A DNA stretch of 64,000 nt from Alphaproteobacteria bacterium (GTDB lineage: Bacteria > Pseudomonadota > Alphaproteobacteria > GCA-2731375), in the NCBI GenBank assembly GCA_965232515.1, contig CBDDPY010000002.1, positions 256,001 to 320,000 of the forward strand. The letters run 5' to 3'. Shown here piece after piece: positions 10,154 through 18,915 of this stretch (position 1 is the stretch's first letter; the number at the start of each line of letters is the position of its first letter). The notes below the pieces were generated by a model, which made no database searches, was not told the origin of the DNA, and saw only the letters and a list, made by a program, of their open reading frames with translations. Made by a program: the position numbers and the translations under genes.

Positions 10154-10906
10154 ATGTTGAAGATCGAGAACCTGCACGTCACCGTCGACGGCAAGGAAAT
10201 CCTCAAGGGCCTGGATCTTGCGATCGCGCCGGGCGAGGTGCACGCGATCATGGGGCCGAACGGCTCGGGCAAGAGCACCTTGTCCTACGTGCTGTCGGGC
10301 CGCGACGGCTACGAGGTCACGTCGGGGTCGGTCACCTATCAGGGCAAGGACCTCTTGGATATGGAGCCCGAGGAGCGGGCCGCCGAGGGCGTGTTTCTCG
10401 CCTTTCAGTATCCGGTCGAGCTGCCCGGCGTCAGCGGCACGACGTTCCTGAAGTCGGCGCTGAACGCCGTCCGCAAGCACAAGGGCGAGCCCGAGCTCGA
10501 CGCCATGCAGTTCCTCAAGCTGGTGCGCGCCAAGACCAAAAGCCTCAACATCACCGACGACATGCTCCGGCGTGGCGTCAATGTCGGCTTCTCCGGCGGT
10601 GAGAAGAAGCGCAACGAAGTGCTGCAGATGGCGGTGCTGGAGCCGGCGCTGGCGATCCTCGACGAGACCGACAGCGGCCTCGACATCGATGCGCTGAAGA
10701 TTGTCGCCGACGGCGTCAACGCGCTGCGCGCGCCGGACCGCTCGATGCTGGTGATCACCCACTATCAGCGGCTCCTGAACTACATCGTGCCCGACCGCGT
10801 GCACGTCCTGGCGCATGGGCGCATCGCGCGCTCCGGCGGCAAGGAACTGGCGCAGGAGCTGGAGCAGAAGGGCTACGCCGAATTCGGCGTCAACGAGGCG
10901 GCGTAA
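10154..10906 (+). CDS. sufC: Fe-S cluster assembly ATPase SufC
   Basis: GPNGSGKST, FLAFQYPVE, GFSGGEKKRNE, LDETDSGLDIDAL, ITHYQRLL. Confidence 0.97.
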   Translation: MLKIENLHVTVDGKEILKGLDLAIAPGEVHAIMGPNGSGKSTLSYVLSGRDGYEVTSGSVTYQGKDLLDMEPEERAAEGVFLAFQYPVELPGVSGTTFLKSALNAVRKHKGEPELDAMQFLKLVRAKTKSLNITDDMLRRGVNVGFSGGEKKRNEVLQMAVLEPALAILDETDSGLDIDALKIVADGVNALRAPDRSMLVITHYQRLLNYIVPDRVHVLAHGRIARSGGKELAQELEQKGYAEFGVNEAA

Positions 10907-10919
10907 GCGGGTACAGGCG

Positions 10920-12233
10920 ATGGCGAGTGACACCTATCAGGTCCAATTCGAGGCCGTGAAGTCGGAGCTGCCGGGCGCCGATCTCGCCTGGCTGAACGGC
11001 CTGCGCGAAGCCGGCCTGCGGCAGGTCGCCAGTCTCGGCCTGCCGACGCCCAAGGTCGAGGCCTGGCGCTACACCAATTTGAACCTGCTGCGGAAGATCG
11101 ATTTCCATCCCGCGCCGGCGTTGGCGAATGGCGTCGACGCTACGGGCCTGCCGACGCTCGTCGTGGCCGAACGCCAGCCATTGCGGCTCGCGTTCGTCAA
11201 CGGCCGCTTCCGCGCCGACCTGTCGTCGCTCGACGACCCCCCGGCCGGCGTGACGCTGGCGCCGCTGGCTGACCGTTTGGATGCCATCGAGGGCCGGCTT
11301 GGCAGTCTGGTGAACGACGATGCGTCGCCGCTGGTCGGCCTGAACACCGCCATGACAGGCGACGGCGTGGTGCTGGAGATCGCCGCCAACACGACGTTGG
11401 CGCGCCCGATCGAGCTGGTGTTCGTGGGCGGCCTGTCCGACGACGCCGTCGCTTGGCATCCGCGCAACCTGATCCTGGCCGGCGAGAATTGCGAAGCGAC
11501 CATCGTGGAGCAGCATGTCGGTCTTGGCGGGGGCCAGTATTTCGCCAACAGTGTCACCGAGCTGGTGGCGGAGGCGGGCGCGCGCCTGCGCCACTACCGG
11601 CTCCAGGACGAGGGCGCCGGTGGTTTCCACGTGAACACGCTGCTGGCGCACATCGCCAGGTCCGCGGTGCTGGACAACTTCGTCCTCTCGCTCGGGGGCC
11701 AGCTCTCGCGCAACGAGATCCATGTCCGGCTTGACGGCCCCGGCGCCGAGGTCCGTCTGAACGGCGCCTACGCCATGACCGGCCGGCAGCATTGCGACAC
11801 CACGACCTTCATCGATCACGCCTCGCCGAACACCTCGAGCTCGGAGGTCTATAAGGGCGTGCTGGACGAGAAGGCGCGGGCGGTGTTCCAGGGCAAGATC
11901 GCCGTGCGGCCACAGGCCCAGAAGACCGACGGGCATCAGCTCAGCCGGGCGCTGCTGCTGTCGCCGACCTGCGAGATCGACACCAAGCCGGAGCTCGAGA
12001 TCTTTGCGGACGATGTGAAGTGCAGCCACGGCGCCACGGCCGGCGAGCTCGAGGACGACGCGCTGTTCTATCTGCGCAGTCGCGGCGTGCCGGAAGCAGA
12101 GGCGCGTAATTTGCTTGTCACGGCCTTTCTCGAGGAGATCATCGACGAGATTGCCGACGTGCAGATTCGCGAGGCCTTCCGCGGCCGCGTCGAGGGGTGG
12201 CTCGCCGACCGCGTAACGGGAGAAGCGGCATGA
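10920..12233 (+). CDS. sufD: Fe-S cluster assembly protein SufD
   Basis: EAWRYT, AVFQGKI, KPELEIFADDVKCSHGAT, FYLRSRG. Confidence 0.95.
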   Translation: MASDTYQVQFEAVKSELPGADLAWLNGLREAGLRQVASLGLPTPKVEAWRYTNLNLLRKIDFHPAPALANGVDATGLPTLVVAERQPLRLAFVNGRFRADLSSLDDPPAGVTLAPLADRLDAIEGRLGSLVNDDASPLVGLNTAMTGDGVVLEIAANTTLARPIELVFVGGLSDDAVAWHPRNLILAGENCEATIVEQHVGLGGGQYFANSVTELVAEAGARLRHYRLQDEGAGGFHVNTLLAHIARSAVLDNFVLSLGGQLSRNEIHVRLDGPGAEVRLNGAYAMTGRQHCDTTTFIDHASPNTSSSEVYKGVLDEKARAVFQGKIAVRPQAQKTDGHQLSRALLLSPTCEIDTKPELEIFADDVKCSHGATAGELEDDALFYLRSRGVPEAEARNLLVTAFLEEIIDEIADVQIREAFRGRVEGWLADRVTGEAA

Positions 12234-13489
12234 ACGAGACGGCGCTGGCCACCGGCCACAACCTGACGGCGCCCTACGACGTTGAGACCGTGCGGCGGGA
12301 TTTCCCAATTCTGTCGCGCGAGGTCTACGGCAAGCCGCTGGTCTATCTCGACAGCGGCGCCAGCGCGCAGAAGCCGCGTGTCGTCATCGACACCATGACC
12401 GAGGTGCTGGAGAACGAATACGCCAACGTGCACCGCGGCGTGCATTACCTCAGCCAATGCGCCACCGACCGCTACGAGGCCGTGCGCGGCAAGGTCGCCG
12501 GCCTGATCAATGCCGCCACCGAGGACGAGATCGTCTTCACCCGCGGCGGCACCGAGTCGATCAATCTCGTGGCCCAGACCTGGGGCCGGAAGAATTTGGT
12601 CGAGGGCGACGAGGTCGTTGTCACCGCCATGGAGCACCACGCCAACATCGTGCCCTGGCAGCTCCTGGGGATGCAGCAGGGCGTGAAGCTGAAGGTCGCG
12701 CCGATCGACGATGACGGCAATTTCCTGATGGACGAGTTCGAGAAGCTGATCGGCCCGCGCACCAAGCTCGTCGCCGTGACGCATGTCTCGAACGTGCTCG
12801 GCACCGTCCTGCCGCTCAAAGAAATTGCCCGCATCGCGCACGCCAATGGCGCGCTGCTGCTGGTCGACGGCTGTCAGGGCGTGACGCACCTGCCGACGGA
12901 TGTGCAGGACCTGGACGTCGATTTCTACGTCTTCTCCGGCCACAAGCTCTATGGCCCGAACGCCATCGGCGTGCTCTACGGCAAGATGGAACATCTGGTC
13001 GACATGCCGCCCTATCAGGGCGGCGGTGACATGATCGCGCATGTCACCTTCGAGAAGACGTCGTTTAAGGAGCCGCCGCTTCGGTTCGAGGCCGGCACGC
13101 CGCCCATCGTCGAGACCATCGGGCTCGGCGCCGCCATCGATTACGTGCAGGCGCTCGGTATCGAGAACATCGCCGCGCACGAGCACGATCTCACGGTCTA
13201 CGCCATGGAGCGGCTGGGCGAGATCGACGGGCTGAACATCCACGGCAAGGCGCCGGGCAAGACCTCGATCGTGTCGTTCAGTATGGATCAAGCGCATGCG
13301 CATGACATCGGCACCATCATCGACCGCGCCGGCGTCGCCACGCGCACCGGCCATCACTGCGCCGAGCCGCTGATGGACCGATTGGGTGTATCTTCGACCG
13401 TGCGTGCTTCGTTCGGCCTTTACAATACGACCGCCGAGGTCGACGCCCTGGTCGATGCGTTGCAGACGGTGAAGGAGATATTCGGCTGA
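12230..13489 (+). CDS. sufS: Cysteine desulfurase SufS (group II)
   Basis: YLDSGASAQKP, NVHRGVH, FSGHKLYGP (PLP Lys), RTGHHCA. Confidence 0.95.
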   Translation: MNETALATGHNLTAPYDVETVRRDFPILSREVYGKPLVYLDSGASAQKPRVVIDTMTEVLENEYANVHRGVHYLSQCATDRYEAVRGKVAGLINAATEDEIVFTRGGTESINLVAQTWGRKNLVEGDEVVVTAMEHHANIVPWQLLGMQQGVKLKVAPIDDDGNFLMDEFEKLIGPRTKLVAVTHVSNVLGTVLPLKEIARIAHANGALLLVDGCQGVTHLPTDVQDLDVDFYVFSGHKLYGPNAIGVLYGKMEHLVDMPPYQGGGDMIAHVTFEKTSFKEPPLRFEAGTPPIVETIGLGAAIDYVQALGIENIAAHEHDLTVYAMERLGEIDGLNIHGKAPGKTSIVSFSMDQAHAHDIGTIIDRAGVATRTGHHCAEPLMDRLGVSSTVRASFGLYNTTAEVDALVDALQTVKEIFG

Positions 13490-13959
13490 TGCTCGACGAG
13501 TTGCGCGAGCTTTACCAGGAGGTGATCCTGGACCACGGCAAGAACCCGCGGAACTTCCGGCATCCGTCGGACGCCAACCGCGAGGCGCGCGGCAGCAACC
13601 CGATCTGCGGCGACCGCATCGCCGTTTATCTGCGCATCGGTGACGACGGCCGCATCGAGGACGTGGCCTTCGACGGCAACGGTTGTGCCATTTCGCAGGC
13701 CTCGGCCTCGATGATGACCGAGATGGTCGCCGGCAAGACCGAAGCGGAGGCGCGCAGCCTGTTCGAGAGCTTTCACGAGCTCTGTACCTCGGACGACTTC
13801 GATGCCTCGAAGCATCCGGAAGCCGATGAGGATGCGCTGGAACGCCTGCAGGTGTTGTCCGGCGTGCGCCAGTTCCCGACCCGGGTGAAGTGCGCGACGC
13901 TCGCCTGGCATACGCTGAACGCGGCCATGGAAGGCCGCCAGGAGACGACGACGGAATGA
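13489..13959 (+). CDS. sufU: SUF system NifU-family sulfur-transfer protein SufU
   Basis: LYQEVILDH, NPICGD, GCAISQASASMM, RVKCATLAWH. Confidence 0.92.
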   Translation: MLDELRELYQEVILDHGKNPRNFRHPSDANREARGSNPICGDRIAVYLRIGDDGRIEDVAFDGNGCAISQASASMMTEMVAGKTEAEARSLFESFHELCTSDDFDASKHPEADEDALERLQVLSGVRQFPTRVKCATLAWHTLNAAMEGRQETTTE

Positions 13960-14372
13960 GCGATACCCACTATGACGGGCTCGGCTTCGGCCATTTCATG
14001 CCCGGCACGTCGGCCGCCGAGGATGGCGTGTTCTATGCCGGTGAGGCGATCGACACCTCGAAAGTCCCGGTCGCCGAGAAAGAGGCCGTGGCCGATGCCT
14101 TGCGCACGGTCTACGACCCCGAGATCCCGGTTAACATTTATGAACTCGGCCTGGTCTACGATATCGACATCGACGCCGCTGGCGGCTGCGTGATCAAGAT
14201 GACCTTGACCGCGCCCGGCTGTCCGGTGGCCGGCATTTTGCCGGGCCAGGTCGCCGAGGCCGCCGCCTCGGTCGACGGCATCGGCGAGGTCGCCGTGCAT
14301 CTGGTCTGGGACCCGCCCTGGACGCCGGACTTGATGTCGGATGTCGCGAAAGTCGAGTTGGACATGTTCTGA
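13956..14372 (+). CDS. sufT: SUF system Fe-S assembly protein SufT (DUF59)
   Basis: VYDPEIPVNIYELGLVY, MTLTAPGCPVA, VWDPPWTPDLMS. Confidence 0.9.
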   Translation: MSDTHYDGLGFGHFMPGTSAAEDGVFYAGEAIDTSKVPVAEKEAVADALRTVYDPEIPVNIYELGLVYDIDIDAAGGCVIKMTLTAPGCPVAGILPGQVAEAAASVDGIGEVAVHLVWDPPWTPDLMSDVAKVELDMF

Positions 14373-14414
14373 TGCCGCACCGGCATGGAATTGACGGAGT
14401 GCAGGAGTAGAGCC

Positions 14415-14756
14415 ATGGCCTTACCGCCGCCGATCACGATTACCGATGCCGCCGCCGACCGCGTCAAGCACCTGGTCGCGCAGGGCGACAACGAGGTCGC
14501 CGGCCTGCGCGTCGGCGTCAAGCAGGGCGGCTGCTCGGGCATGATGTATCAGGTCGAATACGCCAAGGACCGCGAGCCGCACGAAGAGGTGGTCGAGGAC
14601 AAGGGCGTGAAGATCTTCATCGCGCCGACGGCCTTCATGTACCTGCTGGGCTCGGAGATGGACTACCGCGAAAGCAAGTTCGAAGCGGGGTTCGTGTTCA
14701 ACAATCCAAACGAGGCCGACCGCTGCGGCTGCGGCGAGAGCTTCCGCGTCGCCTGA
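14415..14756 (+). CDS. sufA: A-type Fe-S carrier (SufA/IscA/HesB)
   Basis: GGCSG and NPNEADRCGCGESF motifs. Confidence 0.92.
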   Translation: MALPPPITITDAAADRVKHLVAQGDNEVAGLRVGVKQGGCSGMMYQVEYAKDREPHEEVVEDKGVKIFIAPTAFMYLLGSEMDYRESKFEAGFVFNNPNEADRCGCGESFRVA

Positions 14757-14797
14757 GGCCTGGGCAATTACCGTTCCGGCCCATATGCTGGGTCGGC

Positions 14798-15301
14798 ATG
14801 CAACGTATCCTGATTAGCGCCTGCCTTTTGGGCCGCAAGGTCCGCTACGACGGCAATCACAAGGCAAAAACCGATTCCCGACTCGATCGCTGGCAACGGG
14901 AAGGCCGGCTGGTGGCGATCTGCCCGGAGTTGGCCGCCGGATTCGGCACGCCCCGGCCGCCCGCCGAAATCGTCGGCGCCGGCGACGGCGACCGTGTGCT
15001 GCGCGGCCAGGCGACGGTGCAGGAGAAGTCCGGCGACGACGTCACGTCGGCCTATCTCGCCGGTGCGCAGGAGGCCCTGGACCTTGCCCGCCAGCATGAC
15101 GCCGCCTACGCGATCCTTGCCGACGGCAGCCCGTCCTGCGGCAGCCATCGGATCTATGACGGCACCTTCGCGGGTAAGACGAAGCCGGGCATGGGCGTGA
15201 CCGCGGCGCTGCTGCAGCGCCATGGCATCGCCGTCTATTCGGAGTCCGAGATTCCGCTTTTGGCCGCCGCGCTGGAGTCCGAGGTCGCTACTTCACCGTG
15301 A
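14798..15301 (+). CDS. DUF523 family protein (2-thiouracil desulfidase TudS-like)
   Basis: ISACLLG, VRYDG, ICPE, SPSCG, IYDGTF, GVTAALL motifs. Confidence 0.85.
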   Translation: MQRILISACLLGRKVRYDGNHKAKTDSRLDRWQREGRLVAICPELAAGFGTPRPPAEIVGAGDGDRVLRGQATVQEKSGDDVTSAYLAGAQEALDLARQHDAAYAILADGSPSCGSHRIYDGTFAGKTKPGMGVTAALLQRHGIAVYSESEIPLLAAALESEVATSP

Positions 15302-15752
15302 TGCAGGTGCAGTCGGCGAGCTGCGCCACCTTCGACGAGACGCTGCCCATCAACAGACCGCCGATGCGTCCGAGGCCCCGCCGGCCCATTACCACGACAT
15401 CGGCGTTGTTTTCTTTCGCATAGTCGACGATGGTCTCGGCCGGATCGCCGACTGCCAGATCGCGCTCAATCTTCTTCACGCCGAAGTCGACGGCGCGCTG
15501 ATAGGCGTTGTTGATGATTTCGTTCGCGGCCGATTTCAGGACGTCCGCTTCGGTAACCCGGACATGCTCGAGTTCGGCGAATTGCTTCAGCTCTTCCGGT
15601 ACCTGGCTGCTGCCGGCATGAGTCATGACGTTCAGCAGGATCAGTTCCGCGCCGTACTCGTCCGCCAGGCTGCTTGCGAAATCGACGGCGCGCTCTGCGT
15701 GGTTGGAGCCGTCGACCGGCACCAGGATCTTGGAGATCATCTTCGCCACCAT
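15288..15752 (-). CDS. Universal stress protein (UspA family)
   Basis: KILVPVDGS, GDPAETI, VVMGRRGLG, LMGSVSSKV; GGAGG RBS. Confidence 0.93.
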   Translation of the reverse strand: MVAKMISKILVPVDGSNHAERAVDFASSLADEYGAELILLNVMTHAGSSQVPEELKQFAELEHVRVTEADVLKSAANEIINNAYQRAVDFGVKKIERDLAVGDPAETIVDYAKENNADVVVMGRRGLGRIGGLLMGSVSSKVAQLADCTCITVK

Positions 15753-15801
15753 GTCTGCCTCCGTTTCCGGCCGAGCCTATGCGGGTGCCGGACGGGCAAC
15801 G

Positions 15802-15815
15802 TTGATGTCGATCAA
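15802..15815 (-). promoter_or_regulatory. FNR/FixK box upstream of usp
   Basis: Perfect TTGAT-GTCG-ATCAA; -10-like TAGGCT 22 nt downstream on the minus strand. Confidence 0.8.
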
Positions 15816-15831
15816 GCCACGTCGAGGGAGG

Positions 15832-17139
15832 TCAGCCGCGGAGCTGGATGGTATTCGGCAGGAAGGTGACGATGTCGGGGAAGATGGCGATCAGGATCGC
15901 CATGCCGGCCATAATCAGAAAGAACGGGATGGTTGCCTTGGCGATGCGGCCGATATTTTCGCCGGTCAATCCCTGAATGACGAACAGGTTGAAACCGACG
16001 GGCGGCGTGATCTGCGCCATTTCGACCACGATCACCACAAAGATGCCGAACCAGATCTTGTCGAAGCCGGCGGCGATCACCAGCGGCAGCGTGATCGGCA
16101 ACGTCATGACGATGCTCGACAGACCGTCCAGCACGCAGCCCAGCACGGCATAGAACACAAGCAGCAGCAGGATTAGCTCGAAGGGGCCAAGGCCCAATCC
16201 CGCGATCTCGCCGGCGATCAGCCGCGGCACGCCGAGAAAGCCCATCGACACCGACAGGAACACCGCGCCGGTGACGATCAGGCCGATCATCGACGTCGTG
16301 CGCACGGCGCCGAGGCAGGCCTTGCGGATCGTTGTCCAGTTCAGCGTCTTCTGCGCCGCCGAGACGATCACCGCACCCAGCACGCCGACGGCGGCGGCCT
16401 CCGACGGACTGGCGAACCCGGCATACATCGAGCCCAGCACCAGCAGGATCAGGAACACCACCGGGCCCAGATCCACCAGCCCGGCCATGCGGTCCCGCCA
16501 GGTCGGCCGCAGGTCTTCCTGCGGCACCATGCCCGGCGTGATCGACGCCCGCAGCGCCAGGTAGCCCATATAGAAACTGGCCAGCAGCAGGCCCGGAATG
16601 ACGCCGGCGATGAACAGTTTCAGGATCGAGGTCTCGGCCAGCACGCCATAGATGATCAGGATGATCGATGGCGGAATGAGGAAACCCAGCGTGCCGGCGC
16701 CGGCGAGCGAGCCCATCACCAGGTCGCGGTTGTAGCCACGCCGGAACAGCTCAGAGAGCGTGATCCGGCCGACCGTCGCCGCCGTCGCCGCGGATGAGCC
16801 CGAGATCGCCGCGAACAGCGTGCAGCCCAGCACATTCACGTGCAGCATCCGGCCCGGCAGCCGGTTGGTCCAGGGCGCGAGCCCGTTGAACAGCGAGGCG
16901 GAGAGGCGGGTATGGAACAATATCTCCGCCATCAGGATGAACATCGGCAGGGCGATCAGCTCCGGCGTCGTCAGCGTGTTCCAGCTGAGCTGGGCCAGCA
17001 GCTTCTCGACCGGCATGTTGCGGAACAGCGCCAGGCCGGTGATGGCGACGGCATAGAGCGCCAGGCCGACCCAGATGCCGATACCCAGCGTGATGACCAG
17101 CAGCGCCAGGATCGTGATCAGGATAACGCCAGCGTCCAT
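15832..17139 (-). CDS. dctM: TRAP transporter large permease
   Basis: ALPMFILM, ISGSSAATAAT, GTLGFLIPPS, ITPPVGFNLFV. Confidence 0.93.
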   Translation of the reverse strand: MDAGVILITILALLVITLGIGIWVGLALYAVAITGLALFRNMPVEKLLAQLSWNTLTTPELIALPMFILMAEILFHTRLSASLFNGLAPWTNRLPGRMLHVNVLGCTLFAAISGSSAATAATVGRITLSELFRRGYNRDLVMGSLAGAGTLGFLIPPSIILIIYGVLAETSILKLFIAGVIPGLLLASFYMGYLALRASITPGMVPQEDLRPTWRDRMAGLVDLGPVVFLILLVLGSMYAGFASPSEAAAVGVLGAVIVSAAQKTLNWTTIRKACLGAVRTTSMIGLIVTGAVFLSVSMGFLGVPRLIAGEIAGLGLGPFELILLLLVFYAVLGCVLDGLSSIVMTLPITLPLVIAAGFDKIWFGIFVVIVVEMAQITPPVGFNLFVIQGLTGENIGRIAKATIPFFLIMAGMAILIAIFPDIVTFLPNTIQLRG

Positions 17140-17663
17140 CAGTCCACCTGATAGCCGCCGGACATGTCCTCCGGCGCTTCGTCGGTGACCGTCAGCCGCA
17201 GCAGCCGCACCACCAGCTGCAGCGTCAGCAGCACGGCGCCGAGCGCGATGCCGCCCTGCGGAATGACCAGCGGCGTCGCCGAGATCGTCGCCGACACGCT
17301 ACCGGCTTCAAAGGACCGCCAGGCAAGCTGGACCAGCGCGAACGACAGATAGCCGGCAATGACGATGCCGCAAAACGTGCAGATCAGATCGATCACATAG
17401 GCGGCGCGCGGCGGCACGCTCGAGGCGAGCAGCGATACCCTGATGTGGCCGCCGGTGCGCAGTGTGAACGCGGCGCCGAAGAACATGGCCACGGCCATGG
17501 AGTAAGCGCTGTATTCCCAGGCGAAGCTCAAGCTGTAGTTGAAGAGCGCGCGGGCGACGATCTCGGCCAGGATCATGACGGCGATCGACACCGTGAGTAT
17601 GGCCGCAATGCCGCCAAGCAATTTGGCTATCGCGTCTGTGGCGGCAAACACGCGCGTGAGCAT
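17139..17663 (-). CDS. dctQ: TRAP transporter small permease
   Basis: Four TM segments, GGHIRV motif, between dctP and dctM. Confidence 0.9.
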   Translation of the reverse strand: MLTRVFAATDAIAKLLGGIAAILTVSIAVMILAEIVARALFNYSLSFAWEYSAYSMAVAMFFGAAFTLRTGGHIRVSLLASSVPPRAAYVIDLICTFCGIVIAGYLSFALVQLAWRSFEAGSVSATISATPLVIPQGGIALGAVLLTLQLVVRLLRLTVTDEAPEDMSGGYQVD

Positions 17664-17709
17664 TCAAAAATCGCCTGTCGGGAACGGAAGGTGCGAAGGG
17701 ATAACGTCA

Positions 17710-17739
17710 CCGCCCCGGCTTGCTGTCGTGCCGGGGCGG
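17710..17739 (-). terminator. Intercistronic stem-loop after dctP
   Basis: Perfect 10-bp stem CCGCCCCGGC/GCCGGGGCGG; no U-tract, so more likely mRNA-stabilising or attenuating than an intrinsic terminator. Confidence 0.45.
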
Positions 17740-17751
17740 CGGAATCGGCCG

Positions 17752-18747
17752 TTACATGCTGACGTCTTTCTTGTACGCCTCGATGATCGAGCCGGCGGGC
17801 TCGCCGACGGAAGCGGTGAATTCGCCGACCATCGGCGCCGTCAGCTCCTGCATGGCCTGGCGCAGGTCGTCCGTGACTTTGCCCATGACCACGCCGTTGT
17901 CGGTCAGGATCTTCGACTTGGCCTCGTCTTCCCGGCGCGAGACGTCCCAGAACTCGGGCTGCAGCTTCGTCGCCAGGGCCTCGATCGCATCGCGATGCTC
18001 GGGTTTCAGGCCATTCCAGGCATCCAGGTTGACGGTCACGATGTTCGACGACCAGACGTGGCTCGTCGGATACATGTATTTCAGGAATTCCCAGAACTTG
18101 CCGTCGACGCCGGAACTGGCCGACGTCGTTACCGCGTCGATGGTGCCGGCGGCCAGTGACGGCACCACCTCGCCCCAGGGCAGCTGCACCGCCGTCATGC
18201 CGACGCGGTTGAACATTTCCGTCGTCGACTTGTTGTAGGTGCGGATCTTGATTCCCTTCAGGTCGTCGACGCCCGCGACCGGGACCTTGGTATAGACGTA
18301 TTGCCGCGGCCAGGGGACGATGTAGAGGATCTTCTGATTGAAGTCCTTGGCCACCTCGGCCAGCGCCGGCAGATAGTGTTTGTGCAGAACCTCCAGGTCG
18401 TCGAAACCGCCGACCAGATAGGGCTGGGCTTCCAGGCCCATGATCGGCGCTTCACCGACCTGTTGCATCAGCAGCACGTCGCCGATCGGCACCAGGCCGT
18501 CGCGCACGGCCGTCAGCATCTCCGGGCCCTTGAAGCCGAGCGAGCCGCCCGGGTGGATGTTGATCGTCACCTCACCGCCGGTCGCCTTGTTGACCTCGGC
18601 CGCGAAGCGCTTCGCGTTCTCGACGTGGAAGTTGCCGTCCGGCCAGGCCAGCGGCAGGTCCCAGGTGGTGGCCGCCAGCGTCGGCGCGCTCAAGCTCAGC
18701 GCCATCGTCGTGGCGGCGGCGAAACGGATGAGTCGGTGCGTGGACAT
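17752..18747 (-). CDS. dctP: TRAP transporter substrate-binding protein
   Basis: Signal peptide, HPGGSLG, DLKGIKIR, WGEVVPSL. Confidence 0.9.
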   Translation of the reverse strand: MSTHRLIRFAAATTMALSLSAPTLAATTWDLPLAWPDGNFHVENAKRFAAEVNKATGGEVTINIHPGGSLGFKGPEMLTAVRDGLVPIGDVLLMQQVGEAPIMGLEAQPYLVGGFDDLEVLHKHYLPALAEVAKDFNQKILYIVPWPRQYVYTKVPVAGVDDLKGIKIRTYNKSTTEMFNRVGMTAVQLPWGEVVPSLAAGTIDAVTTSASSGVDGKFWEFLKYMYPTSHVWSSNIVTVNLDAWNGLKPEHRDAIEALATKLQPEFWDVSRREDEAKSKILTDNGVVMGKVTDDLRQAMQELTAPMVGEFTASVGEPAGSIIEAYKKDVSM

Positions 18748-18915
18748 GGTTAACGCCTCCTTGTTCGTTGTTGTGCGAACCATAGGGGCTCTAGCTTAGC
18801 TTGGCCACGACTTCGTGATATCCGGGCGCAACCGGGGTCGCGCGCCGCCGGAGACTGGCTTATAGTCGCGGCCTTCCGAGGTTTTCCAAACCCAGCAAGT
18901 GACAAGGGACCTGAT

